From NCBI GenBank assembly GCA_977020255.1, contig CDROCS010000506.1, positions 124,001 through 188,000 on the forward strand: a stretch of DNA of 64,000 nt, given 5' to 3'. A model generated the notes under the pieces. The model searched no databases and was not told the origin of the DNA. It saw only the letters and a program-made list of their open reading frames with translations. The position numbers and the translations under genes are program-made. This DNA is from Obrimoposthia wandeli. Lineage: Eukaryota. Shown in pieces: positions 21,412-30,948 of this stretch (position 1 is the first letter of the stretch; every line of letters starts with the position of its first letter).

Positions 21412-22539
21412 GTGATTGGAAAACATAAATTAGAATTAGATACACCCTGTCTGGTTATCGACAAGAACAAGCTGATGAATAACATAGAAACAATGCAAGC
21501 GTTCGCAACAGCAAAGTCGAAACAGGTTCGTCCGCATGCTAAGACACACAAATGCGTTGAGATTTGTCAGCTACAGCTTGATACCGGTAGCATAGGTATA
21601 TCAATTACTAAACCATCTGAAGCGTATGAACTCGCCAAAGCCAAAATTAGACATCTGCTAATTACGTCGCCAATTGTCACTAAACATAAATTAGCGACCT
21701 TAGCTAAAATCCTCAAGTTGGCACCAGAAACAATGATCGTCGTTGATTCTGACGCTAACTTAACTCAGTTAAACCAATTGGGCTGCGAGCTTAATCTCAG
21801 TATTAACCTACTCATTGATATTGACGCGGGTATTGGTAGAACGGGTGCATCCTTTGAAGCGGCGTTTGATTTAGCGCTTGCAGTTCACCAGCATAGCAAT
21901 ACTGTACTTAAAGGCATTCAGTGTTATGCAGGGCATTTCCAGCACATTGTTGATAATGACGAAAGAAAACAAGCGTCAGCAGCACTATTGAATAAAGCGG
22001 GCAAGCTAAAGCAAGATATAGAGCATGCGACAGGTTTAGTTAATCTGATCCAGTCAGGCTCGGGTACTGGTACCTATCAAATAGACAGTGATATAGCCTC
22101 TGTGACCGAAATACAGCCCGGTTCATACTCCGTAATGGATCAGGAGTATTTCGATATCGAATATAGTGTAGGTAATAGTGCAGATAATAGTATCAGTAAT
22201 AGCGTCGGTCATTTCCAACCTGCAATGACGTTACTGACCAGTGTTATCAGTGCCAACCATTCCACGCATGTAACCGTAGATGCAGGTACAAAGGCCTTGT
22301 ACAAAGAAACGACTCATCCACAAATCATCAGCCATGCTGGCCTTAAATATGAATGGCATTATTTTGGTGATGAGCACGGTAAAGTATCGGGTGACAACTT
22401 ACCTAACGTCGGTGACTTGGTTGAAATGATTGTACCGCACTGCGATCCAACCATTAACCTGCATGACAAATTCTATGTCGTTGAAGATGACATTGTTGTC
22501 GAGGTTTGGGATATCGCACTACGTGGTAAACTCGCGTAA
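21412..22539 (+). CDS. DSD1/D-threonine aldolase-like PLP-dependent enzyme (alanine racemase fold)
   Basis: RPHAKTHK (PLP lysine), GSGTGT, EIQPGSY, DEHG and HCDPTINLHD motifs. Confidence 0.9.
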   Translation: MIGKHKLELDTPCLVIDKNKLMNNIETMQAFATAKSKQVRPHAKTHKCVEICQLQLDTGSIGISITKPSEAYELAKAKIRHLLITSPIVTKHKLATLAKILKLAPETMIVVDSDANLTQLNQLGCELNLSINLLIDIDAGIGRTGASFEAAFDLALAVHQHSNTVLKGIQCYAGHFQHIVDNDERKQASAALLNKAGKLKQDIEHATGLVNLIQSGSGTGTYQIDSDIASVTEIQPGSYSVMDQEYFDIEYSVGNSADNSISNSVGHFQPAMTLLTSVISANHSTHVTVDAGTKALYKETTHPQIISHAGLKYEWHYFGDEHGKVSGDNLPNVGDLVEMIVPHCDPTINLHDKFYVVEDDIVVEVWDIALRGKLA

Positions 22540-22666
22540 TGGTTTATGCTTAAACGAGCCTTTTATTAGCCGACATGACATTAGTCAATTACTTGAGTAA
22601 AACACTTGGTTATAGTGACTGGGTATTTTGCTTAACACTAAATTAATCGAAAAAGAGGATATTATT

Positions 22667-22747
22667 ATGAGTTGTTGTGGTGGCTGCGGCGGACAAGATC
22701 ATGAAGAAACTAAAAAAGTTGAAGAAACAGAACAAGATTCAGAGTAG
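22667..22747 (+). CDS. 26-aa small Cys-rich/acidic peptide MSCCGGCGGQDHEETKKVEETEQDSE (not in ORF track)
   Basis: AGAGGA RBS shortly upstream of the ATG, clean stop, followed by a terminator-like hairpin. Confidence 0.7.
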   Translation: MSCCGGCGGQDHEETKKVEETEQDSE

Positions 22748-22770
22748 TTAATAATACTGACTCTTTAAAT

Positions 22771-22802
22771 AAAGACCTTACTTATCATTAGTAGGGTTTT
22801 TT
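22771..22802. terminator. Terminator after the small ORF (also downstream of the convergent CAP gene)
   Basis: ACCTTACT-tatcatt-AGTAGGGT followed by TTTTT. Confidence 0.6.
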
Positions 22803-22816
22803 GCTATAAGGGCTAG

Positions 22817-23467
22817 CTAAAAGGGGGTCGCTAATACTTGTGTCCAATAAATCCCGTAATAGGAATTTTTATTAGTATAAGACGCCATCCCCATCTGTGA
22901 ATACTCCGCATCCATAATATTCAAGCAATGGCCTTTACTGCCTAACCAACCATTGATAACAACGCTCGCTTCAAGCTGCCCTGCAGCAATATTTTCCCCC
23001 GCAGCACGCCAGTTATATCCAGCAGCATAAGTACGTTCCCCGACTCGATGACCTTGTTTATCTCGATGATTAAAATAATCACCTTCTGCCATATTTTGTG
23101 AATGCGCATAAGCGGATTGCTGTAATTGCGCACTCCAAACCACAGGGGCAACAGCAGGCATCTTGCGATTACCGCAAGTATAACCGCTGACTCGCGCAGC
23201 ATTCACCGCAGCGAGCATCTTACGTTTAAAACCGGGCGTTGGCTCTGGACCAAGTCTTCGGTTTGGCTTGGAGATAGCAGGTGTACCTTGGTCAATCGCT
23301 TTATCCGGAGATACAGCGTCGCTATTAGTATCACTATTGGTATCAGAGTTATCATATCGACCATCGCTGGCACATGCGCTTAGCAATACAGTAATCGCAA
23401 AAGTCACGCCCCATTTCGACATAGCTTGCGATTGAAGTCTGACTTTAACTCGTCCAAAATTGATCAT
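22817..23467 (-). CDS. CAP/SCP domain lipoprotein
   Basis: Lipobox LLSAC; HSQNMA, AGENIA and WLGSKGHCLNIM CAP motifs. True start is possibly MSKWG (23422). Confidence 0.88.
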   Translation of the reverse strand: MINFGRVKVRLQSQAMSKWGVTFAITVLLSACASDGRYDNSDTNSDTNSDAVSPDKAIDQGTPAISKPNRRLGPEPTPGFKRKMLAAVNAARVSGYTCGNRKMPAVAPVVWSAQLQQSAYAHSQNMAEGDYFNHRDKQGHRVGERTYAAGYNWRAAGENIAAGQLEASVVINGWLGSKGHCLNIMDAEYSQMGMASYTNKNSYYGIYWTQVLATPF

Positions 23468-23511
23468 TCACCCTCTCATTTTATCCAAATTACGATATAA
23501 CTGCAGTATCG

Positions 23512-24291
23512 TTACGACCTCAATGCCAATAGTTGCTGTAAACGCGCAGGCTCTCGTTCAATTTGCTTTAATGCTTGTTTAAAGTCACGTCTTAAATAAC
23601 CTTTCAGATTACGTGTAGCGTCCCTTGTTGGGATACCTTTCAATCGGCAAAACAACGCTAACGCAAACACCACATTATCTTCTGATAAGCTTGATTGTCG
23701 ATTGGCTTGCGCATTATAACAACTGCCACAGCCGCCCTTAAAAGTATAAGCAGAGTTTGCCATCATCACACCAAAACCCATAAAAATAGCCACGATCTCG
23801 GTGCTGGTATTAAAATCTTCAGCGCCACCTGGTGGTAATTGCTGTGATTGTGCTACCGCATGTTGCGCTAAATGATGCGCATAACTTGAGGCGAGATCGC
23901 CGGGTTTAGATGCCTGCTGGGGGTTATAAGTCATTGCCAAAGGTTGAGATGCCACTAGTGCTGGTAAGGTGTTCGCCCCAGATGAATCTCGTTGCACGGC
24001 AGATAAATCAAGTAATGCAGGCGGTTGTGCACTGAAACACTGAGGTGCTTGTAGTTGTAGCGGCCAATGACTCAATCCGGCATATTTAACCACATGATTA
24101 AAGATGGTTTCTGCCATACCGTGACGGCTATCGATATTACCCGGAAAAAAATCATTGGTTGGTTGGATCAGCTGGCTGCGCTGAAAGAATTCTTGTTGAT
24201 CAAAATGGGTTAATGCCCACTCAAAAGTGTCAAATATCCATTCACAACTGTCGTCATCAATAAGTGGCTTAGAACGAAAAAGATTCAGCAT
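23512..24291 (-). CDS. Conserved hypothetical protein
   Basis: 259-aa ORF with AHHLAQH and GGCGSC motifs. Confidence 0.75.
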   Translation of the reverse strand: MLNLFRSKPLIDDDSCEWIFDTFEWALTHFDQQEFFQRSQLIQPTNDFFPGNIDSRHGMAETIFNHVVKYAGLSHWPLQLQAPQCFSAQPPALLDLSAVQRDSSGANTLPALVASQPLAMTYNPQQASKPGDLASSYAHHLAQHAVAQSQQLPPGGAEDFNTSTEIVAIFMGFGVMMANSAYTFKGGCGSCYNAQANRQSSLSEDNVVFALALFCRLKGIPTRDATRNLKGYLRRDFKQALKQIEREPARLQQLLALRS

Positions 24292-24430
24292 TGGTTGTCT
24301 TTAAAGTGATCATAAGATAACAAACATCATATCCTAACTATCATTAACGACCAATAAACCAATGCTAATTTTTCGTGACGGCGGGCTAATGACTAGCTGA
24401 TTGTCCGCCTTATTAGCCTTATTTCTCCTT

Positions 24431-25315
24431 TTACAGTTGCTTGACGGTGTAACCAGCGGCTTGCAATTGCTGTAACAAGCCATCTTTACCGACTAAATGC
24501 AGCGTGCCAACCAATACCAGTTCCGTCTGTTGATTGTTAAACATCGCTTCAATCTGCGGTAACCAGTTATTATTACGCTGCACTAACAGTGATTGGTAGA
24601 TGTCAGGAAAATCGGCAATTAAAGGGGTTATAGCAAGATCAACTAACGCTTGAGGATCACCATCGCGCCACGCTGTTTTCATCTCAGTCATAAACGTTGG
24701 TAATGTTTTGATATCTTCAAGACTATAACGGATCAATTCGTCTTCTTTACCTTTGCCCAAACCCGCAATAAACGCTAATTGCTCTTCTACCGTCTCTAAT
24801 TTACCTAACGCTTTACCATCAATAACCGCTTTATTATTATAGAATTTATCAACACCAATACCACTGAATTCAAGCCTCTGCAGCTCAACCATGGTTAACA
24901 TTAACGAAACCATACTGGGCTTGAAATTATTAATAACCTGCATGCCAATACCACGCGACTCGCAAAATGCAGCCAACTTTTTATATGTGTCAGGGCTTAA
25001 ATCTTGGGTTAAATCTTGCCCTTTAGGATAACTCAGCTCGCTTAACATGCTTTGCTGAAATTCGGGGCTGTCTAATTTTGCCATATCCGTTTCTAATACC
25101 AATACATCCGTCAATGCATAAGCACGGTCAAATTCAACGGGTAAGGGATAATCATCTGCCGTTAAAACGTGTACAGTCCCACCTAAGTAGATAGTGTTTT
25201 TACCATTACTGTTATCTACCCGAGTAATTTCCCAAACCGATGAGGTTGCGTGTGCGGAACTAGCTGCACCCAAAAGTAGAATCGAAAAGACATAACATAA
25301 TTTAGCTATTTTCAT
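24431..25315 (-). CDS. TraB/GumN (Tiki-like) family exported protein
   Basis: Signal peptide; YLGGTVHVL, GVD, LETVEEQL, RNNNW and VGTLHLVG motifs. Confidence 0.9.
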   Translation of the reverse strand: MKIAKLCYVFSILLLGAASSAHATSSVWEITRVDNSNGKNTIYLGGTVHVLTADDYPLPVEFDRAYALTDVLVLETDMAKLDSPEFQQSMLSELSYPKGQDLTQDLSPDTYKKLAAFCESRGIGMQVINNFKPSMVSLMLTMVELQRLEFSGIGVDKFYNNKAVIDGKALGKLETVEEQLAFIAGLGKGKEDELIRYSLEDIKTLPTFMTEMKTAWRDGDPQALVDLAITPLIADFPDIYQSLLVQRNNNWLPQIEAMFNNQQTELVLVGTLHLVGKDGLLQQLQAAGYTVKQL

Positions 25316-25382
25316 TAAAACCTCTAATTTAAAATCGTGTTTATCGCCATGACCATAGGTTCAGGTATAAGTATTGTACAAT

Positions 25383-26117
25383 TTAGTCTTTAATCGACAA
25401 AACAGGCTTAGTCGGCATCACCGGTTTTATCAGTGATAAGAAGAATGCAGCTGAAATAACCGATGAACCGAACAACATACACATGATCATGATTTGATAT
25501 CGCACCGCAATAAAAGGCGAGACACCCGATAGGATCTGCCCAGTCATCATCCCCGGTAATGATACCAGTCCCACAGCAAACAGCGCATTAGTGATTGGGA
25601 TTAATGATGCTCTTAATGCAATGCGTCGTGCGACAAGATAATCTTCACCACGCGCCATTTCTGCCTGTAAACGTTCAGCTGACAAACTGACGCTATTCAT
25701 TGAATTAGCAAATGCCATTCCCGCTAACGGCACCATGTATTGTGGGCTGTACCAAGGGTCTAACCCCAGCACACCCGCGCTCATGACAAATAGGGTAAAG
25801 CCACCACCAAGAGTGACAGACAGTAATGCATACTTGTACATTTTCCAGCGTTGTTCTGGCACTGCACCCAAGGCGATCCAGCTGGAGGCAACCACCATGA
25901 CTAACAGCACTATCACCACAATACCGGCACTGTGGGATTCAAAAATGTACGACAAGAAATAACCAATTAACAACAGTTGAATCAGCATACGAGATAACGC
26001 ATACAAACCATTTTTAATCGGTAATCGCCACTGCATTAAAATACCCAGCGCCACCAGCACAGGAATAAACGCAAAGGCTAAATTATAAAATGAGATCACC
26101 TGAACGGCGTTGCTCAT
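25383..26117 (-). CDS. UPF0014/FetB (YbbM)-like ABC permease
   Basis: RMLIQLLLIGY, PQYMVPLAGM, GLVSLPGMMTGQILSG and AVRYQIMIM motifs. Confidence 0.88.
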   Translation of the reverse strand: MSNAVQVISFYNLAFAFIPVLVALGILMQWRLPIKNGLYALSRMLIQLLLIGYFLSYIFESHSAGIVVIVLLVMVVASSWIALGAVPEQRWKMYKYALLSVTLGGGFTLFVMSAGVLGLDPWYSPQYMVPLAGMAFANSMNSVSLSAERLQAEMARGEDYLVARRIALRASLIPITNALFAVGLVSLPGMMTGQILSGVSPFIAVRYQIMIMCMLFGSSVISAAFFLSLIKPVMPTKPVLSIKD

Positions 26118-26833
26118 GACTTGCCACCAGTCACTTGTTGCACGGGAATGTCAGAGGCTGCATACAAGGCATCAATATTGATAATACGAATATGGCCTCT
26201 TTTCTCTTCGATTAGACCTTCTTTGGCCAGTTTTTTCAGTAACCGCGAAAACGTTTCCGGTTGAATTGATAATAGCGAAGCCAGTGTTCGTTTCGGTATA
26301 TCAAGTTCAATGACGCCTTCGTTACCATCTTTGTCTTGAATATTCTGCATCAAGAATAACAGTAAACGGTTTTTGGCATTTTCCACCGATAACATTTCAA
26401 TTTCAGAAAGGTTATGGTGCAAACGGATACTCATGTTCGCCATAATCGCAATGCCCGCTTCGGGGTTACTTTTAAGTATTTTAAGATAGGTACTATTATC
26501 AAATGCAATTAATTCACTTGTCGATACCGCTTGTGCAGCAACAGGATAAAAAGGTTTATTCTTAAACATAAGCGCCTCAGCAAAGGTATTGCCTTCGCGC
26601 ATCACTTCAACCACTTTCTCTTGCCCACTTGGACTGGTGCGGTAAATTTTAAGATGCCCCTGTAGTACCAGATAGAAGCAACTGGCTTTATCGCCTTGGT
26701 GAAACACGTTCTCTAAAGGCTCAACGGTATATGCTTTTGCGGTACTAAAGAGCTGTTTAAATTCAACATCGGTAAGGGCGGAAAATAGATGGTGAGCTGA
26801 TACTGTATCGATGATATGAGTGTCGGTGATCAT
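26114..26833 (-). CDS. Crp/Fnr family regulator (Dnr/HcpR-like, lacks Fnr Cys cluster)
   Basis: GQEKVVEV, TFAEALMF, YPVAAQA, HTH LASLLSIQPETFSRLLKKL; ATGA overlap with the downstream permease. Confidence 0.88.
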   Translation of the reverse strand: MITDTHIIDTVSAHHLFSALTDVEFKQLFSTAKAYTVEPLENVFHQGDKASCFYLVLQGHLKIYRTSPSGQEKVVEVMREGNTFAEALMFKNKPFYPVAAQAVSTSELIAFDNSTYLKILKSNPEAGIAIMANMSIRLHHNLSEIEMLSVENAKNRLLLFLMQNIQDKDGNEGVIELDIPKRTLASLLSIQPETFSRLLKKLAKEGLIEEKRGHIRIINIDALYAASDIPVQQVTGGKS

Positions 26834-27100
26834 GAAATCCAACTTTTAATGCGGTTGTTATCTACCTATGACTGCTGTGTGCTCTGCATCGGTTAGAAGA
26901 TAGGGTTAAACAAATGATAATGAGTAATATAATGCCATGATTTTGCTTTTAAACAAACTGAACATTAGTGACGCGGTCACAGATAACAACCACAAAATTG
27001 AGCTACTACCTAAAACGTTGTGGTTTTATTTATTTTTAATATCAATGCCGTTTCCTTTATGCTACCTTCCAGCCGTTTATTTAAAAATGGAGATAAAATA

Positions 27101-28354
27101 ATGCAAATTTTACAAGGTCTACAGATGCTATTCGTCGCATTTGGTGCCCTGGTATTGGTTCCCCTGCTTACAGGTCTGGATCCAAATGTCGCACTGTTCG
27201 GTGCCGGTCTCGGTACACTGGTTTTTCAAGTTGTCACTAAACGTTCTGTTCCTGTTTTTCTTGCTTCTTCTTTTGCTTTTATTGCCCCGATCATGTTCGG
27301 TGTGCAAACCTGGGGCATCGCGAGCACCATGGGTGGCTTAATGGCAGCGGGTTTCACCTATATATTATTGTCAGCGGTGATTAAATTCCGTGGTGTGGCG
27401 ATTATTCATAAGCTACTGCCGCCTGTCGTTGTAGGTCCAGTGATCATGGTTATTGGTCTGGGTTTATCTCCTGTAGCTGTCAATATGGCCATGGGTAAAA
27501 CCGGTGATGGTGCAGTACAGTTGATTGATAACGAAATTGCTATCATCATTGCTGCGATTTCATTATTTACTACTATTGCAGTGAGTGTTTTTGGTCGCGG
27601 TCTGCTTAAACTGATCCCAATCATGGCTGGCATCCTGGCTGGTTATGCCGCGAGTCTTGCCTATGGCATCATCGATTTCGCGCCCGTCTCACAAGCAAGT
27701 TGGTTAGCATTGCCAAACTTTACTTACCCTGAGTTTAATATCAGTGCAGTCTTGTTCATGATCCCAGTGGCATTAGCGCCTGCGATTGAGCATGTCGGTG
27801 ACATTCTTGCTATCTCCAATGCAACCGGTAAAGATTACCTGAAAAAACCAGGTTTACACCGTACCCTTGCTGGTGACGGACTAGCAACGATGGCAGCGTC
27901 TATGTTTGGTGCGCCGCCAAATACCACATACAGCGAAGTGACTGGTGCGGTAATGCTAACGAAAGCATTTAACCCTGTCATCATGACGTGGGCTGCTGTT
28001 ATCGCTATCGTGTTAGCTTTCGTCGGTAAACTCGGCGCGTTACTGCAAACCTTCCCTGTGCCGGTGATGGGTGGCATCATGATCTTACTGTTTGGTACCA
28101 TCGCAACGGTTGGTCTTAATACCTTAATTACCAATCGCGTTGATCTGCACAAATCGCGTAACTTAATCATTGTAGCGGTTACTTTAGTATTCGGTATCGG
28201 TGGTATGGCATTTGGTATTGGCGATTTCAGCCTACAGGGTGTGAGTCTATGCGGTATCGTGGCAATTATCTTAAACTTAGTATTACCTGATGATTTAGGT
28301 GATAACCATGTTGTTGATAAAGTAGAAATAGACACTGAAATTAATGTTAAATAA
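27101..28354 (+). CDS. uraA: Uracil/xanthine permease (NCS2)
   Basis: LQMLFVAFGALVLVP, IEHVGD and PPNTTYSEVTG motifs; GGAG RBS before the ATG at 27101. Confidence 0.9.
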   Translation: MQILQGLQMLFVAFGALVLVPLLTGLDPNVALFGAGLGTLVFQVVTKRSVPVFLASSFAFIAPIMFGVQTWGIASTMGGLMAAGFTYILLSAVIKFRGVAIIHKLLPPVVVGPVIMVIGLGLSPVAVNMAMGKTGDGAVQLIDNEIAIIIAAISLFTTIAVSVFGRGLLKLIPIMAGILAGYAASLAYGIIDFAPVSQASWLALPNFTYPEFNISAVLFMIPVALAPAIEHVGDILAISNATGKDYLKKPGLHRTLAGDGLATMAASMFGAPPNTTYSEVTGAVMLTKAFNPVIMTWAAVIAIVLAFVGKLGALLQTFPVPVMGGIMILLFGTIATVGLNTLITNRVDLHKSRNLIIVAVTLVFGIGGMAFGIGDFSLQGVSLCGIVAIILNLVLPDDLGDNHVVDKVEIDTEINVK

Positions 28355-28360
28355 AAAATA

Positions 28361-28403
28361 AAAAACAGGTGAACACTGATACATATCGGTATTCACCTGC
28401 TTT
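28361..28403. terminator. Bidirectional intrinsic terminator
   Basis: CAGGTGAA...TTCACCTG stem flanked by A and T runs. Confidence 0.75.
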
Positions 28404-28407
28404 GTTA

Positions 28408-28971
28408 TTACACTTTTAGTGGTTTAGATGTGTCGTAAACCAGTTCAAAATAATGATTGTTGTTATATTCAAACTCTTGAATAACCGTCAGCCCTAGTTT
28501 CTTGGTATGCGCCGCATAAGATCGTGGATTAATCTTATTAATAAAGGTCACGAGAATAGGAAAACGCTTCGCCATGTGTTCTCTAGCAAAATCAAAAATC
28601 GTTTCTAACGCGCCAGTACCACGAATACTTTTATCAATGCATACTGGACCGTACTGATAAGAGTTATCAGTCGAAAGCTGCTGCCCTAAATATGCTAAGT
28701 TATGCAAATCTTTGATCATGTGTGCAAACATCGGCCAGTTCGACCAAAACGACCAAGAAGCCGCCATCACATAAGCAACAACAGCGCCGTCTTTACGCGC
28801 AATAAATAACCCGCTCTCTTCAGTAATTAAGCGCGTTAACTCTTCCTTGGTAAACGGCGTAGTAACAAAACCATCCGCTTTGTCTTCAGCTGCAATCGAA
28901 TCCACTTGGTATTTATAATGAAGTGTTAAGGTATCTTCAATATCGCTTAATTCAGCCACTTTTAACTGCAT
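28408..28971 (-). CDS. GNAT family acetyltransferase
   Basis: DGFVTT, YQYGPVCID and INKINPRSYAAH motifs. Confidence 0.8.
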   Translation of the reverse strand: MQLKVAELSDIEDTLTLHYKYQVDSIAAEDKADGFVTTPFTKEELTRLITEESGLFIARKDGAVVAYVMAASWSFWSNWPMFAHMIKDLHNLAYLGQQLSTDNSYQYGPVCIDKSIRGTGALETIFDFAREHMAKRFPILVTFINKINPRSYAAHTKKLGLTVIQEFEYNNNHYFELVYDTSKPLKV

Positions 28972-29103
28972 GCTTACGCTTCCTTTTTATTGCTACATTA
29001 TATGCCCAACTAATAGCATAAATATAACATCATCCTTATAAACGGATCCAGCGATAAACCAAGTCAACTCAATCAATTATCAAAGCATGACTCTTATACA
29101 TCC

Positions 29104-29520
29104 TTACTTTGGAAAGCCGGCAAAGGTAGGCGCATCTAAAGCGGCGTCATACCAAGGCGCACGTTCATGCCAAAAGATGTTATCTTGAGGCGCGACATTC
29201 AGCACGGTATCTTCGTCCAATTCTAATGAACCGGCAGGAACGATTAAGGTTTTACCCTTATTGACTAAATACGGCACACCAGTACCACACTCGATACAAA
29301 ATACCCGTGCAAAATGACGATTTGGATAATCAAAACGTTTAGTTTTATCCGTGCCTGACAACCAGGTAATATGGTCCGATTGACAGAAAAGATTAGCTGC
29401 ATGGGCAGAGCCGGTGATCTTCTGGCACTGCGCGCAATGACACAAATGGAACTGACTAAAGTCATTGCTCACTTCAAATTTAACCTCGCCGCATAAGCAG
29501 CCACCTGTTATTTTACCCAT
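29104..29520 (-). CDS. GFA family Zn-binding protein
   Basis: GGCLCG, CHCAQCQK and FCIECGT motifs. Confidence 0.92.
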   Translation of the reverse strand: MGKITGGCLCGEVKFEVSNDFSQFHLCHCAQCQKITGSAHAANLFCQSDHITWLSGTDKTKRFDYPNRHFARVFCIECGTGVPYLVNKGKTLIVPAGSLELDEDTVLNVAPQDNIFWHERAPWYDAALDAPTFAGFPK

Positions 29521-29559
29521 CAGTTATTTCCTTATAATGTAATAAATAGTTGGCATAAA

Positions 29560-29775
29560 TTAGCTATCGCCAATACGAAAACCTATTTTAAGTGTCACTT
29601 GAAAATGCCCTACCGCACCATCGACAATGTGTCCACGGGTTTCGACCACTTCAAACCAATCCATATTCTTAACCGTTTTATGACACTCGGCCAAGGCATT
29701 TTGAATCGCTTCTTCAATACTGGTTTTAGACGAACCGACCATTTCAATTTTTTTGTAGGTATGATGATTTGACAT
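29560..29775 (-). CDS. Dodecin (flavin-binding)
   Basis: YKKIEMVGSS, WFEVVETRGHI and FQVTLKIGF motifs. Confidence 0.93.
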   Translation of the reverse strand: MSNHHTYKKIEMVGSSKTSIEEAIQNALAECHKTVKNMDWFEVVETRGHIVDGAVGHFQVTLKIGFRIGDS

Positions 29776-29856
29776 AGTTAACTCCAATTAAGCATAAAAC
29801 AACCTAAGTGTAAATATAGCTTGGTATTGCTATGATGGTCATAACAAGGAGGTTTC

Positions 29857-30573
29857 ATGTTCAAATCATTAAATAAACTATTAACGAAAGCGGTCTATGC
29901 ACCAATCATCATTGCGCAAGGGCGTTATGTAAAAAAAGTAACACCAAAACTACCAGAAGCGGCAGGCAAGCGTACTGGTATAACTGGTGAGGGGAAAAAA
30001 ATAAGACTGCTTATTATCGGAGATTCAGCCGCTGCGGGAGTCGGGGTAGATGACCAATCTCAAGCATTAGCCGGAAATCTGGTCGCAGAACTAGCCAATA
30101 ACTATCAAGTTGACTGGTTGTTATTAGCCAAATCTGGCCATACCACATTAGATAGCTTAAAAATGCTATCCGCTCAACCACAGCAAACGTTCGATATCAT
30201 CGTTACCTCACTCGGGGTTAATGATGTCACAGGCACCCTACCCGCCTCTGCTTGGATAGTACAACAGCAAGATTTAATCACCCAATTACGAGAACAGTTT
30301 AACTGCCAGCAGATCCTTATCACCCAAGTACCACCCATGGGTCAGTTCCCTGCACTACCGCAACCATTACGCCGTTATTTAGGGGCAAGAGCCTCGCAAT
30401 TTAACCGTAAGTTATCGACGCTAATTGACAGCCAAGTTGATTGTCAGTTAATTGATATCAATGGTGAATTAAATGCAGAAGACATGGCTGAAGATGGTTT
30501 TCATCCAGGCCCGGTCATTTATCAGCACTGGGCAGAGCTGGTTGCTGAAAAAATAAAATCGCAACACAACTAA
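29857..30573 (+). CDS. SGNH/GDSL hydrolase
   Basis: GDSAAAGVG, SLGVND and DGFHP blocks. Confidence 0.92.
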   Translation: MFKSLNKLLTKAVYAPIIIAQGRYVKKVTPKLPEAAGKRTGITGEGKKIRLLIIGDSAAAGVGVDDQSQALAGNLVAELANNYQVDWLLLAKSGHTTLDSLKMLSAQPQQTFDIIVTSLGVNDVTGTLPASAWIVQQQDLITQLREQFNCQQILITQVPPMGQFPALPQPLRRYLGARASQFNRKLSTLIDSQVDCQLIDINGELNAEDMAEDGFHPGPVIYQHWAELVAEKIKSQHN

Positions 30574-30585
30574 AATAACGACAAT

Positions 30586-30614
30586 AAAAAAGCCCTGTGT
30601 CGACAGGGCTACTT
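30586..30614 (+). terminator. Terminator hairpin after the SGNH gene
   Basis: AGCCCTGT-gtcg-ACAGGGCT with an upstream A-run. Confidence 0.65.
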
Positions 30615-30650
30615 AATCGAACTTTAATTCAACATTACGTCTGCACATAC

Positions 30651-30714
30651 AAACCGCTGTATAAACCACTGTATAAACTACTGTATAAACTACTGTGTAA
30701 ACTACTGTATAAAC
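30651..30714. repeat. 12-bp tandem repeat (AAACTACTGTAT consensus), 5.3 copies
   Basis: AAACCGCTGTAT AAACCACTGTAT AAACTACTGTAT AAACTACTGTGT AAACTACTGTAT AAAC read directly. Confidence 0.95.
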
Positions 30715-30883
30715 ATGAAGCGCACATTGTATATCTCACCACGAGCAACTAATCTACTGTATTAATTATAAAAAAGTATTATTGAGTTCAGTTCTTACAA
30801 TCACAGAAGAAATACAAACTACTGATAATTAAAGATAAAATAAACAACCTATCAGATTGCTTAATATAAAAAATAATAAATAC

Positions 30884-30939
30884 TTGCAAACACCGGCCTA
30901 AAATACTACTGTATATAAAACCACTGGATGTAACAACAG
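30884..30939 (+). promoter_or_regulatory. Sigma70 promoter with LexA (SOS) boxes upstream of the sulA-like gene
   Basis: TTGCAA-17 nt-TACTGT; SOS box CTGGATGTAACAACAG (30924-30939, CTG-N10-CAG) and imperfect CTGTATATAAAACCAC (30909-30924). Confidence 0.8.
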
Positions 30940-30948
30940 GTAACGACC

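Noticed and set aside
23320-23360. DTNSDTNSDA repeat in the CAP lipoprotein linker
   Set aside because: Ordinary low-complexity tether after a lipobox
26967-26981. AGTGA-CGCGG-TCACA as a CRP/Fnr site
   Set aside because: Spacer is 5 nt rather than the required 6
30651-30714. Tandem repeat as a CRISPR array
   Set aside because: 12-bp units with no unique spacers, and no cas genes
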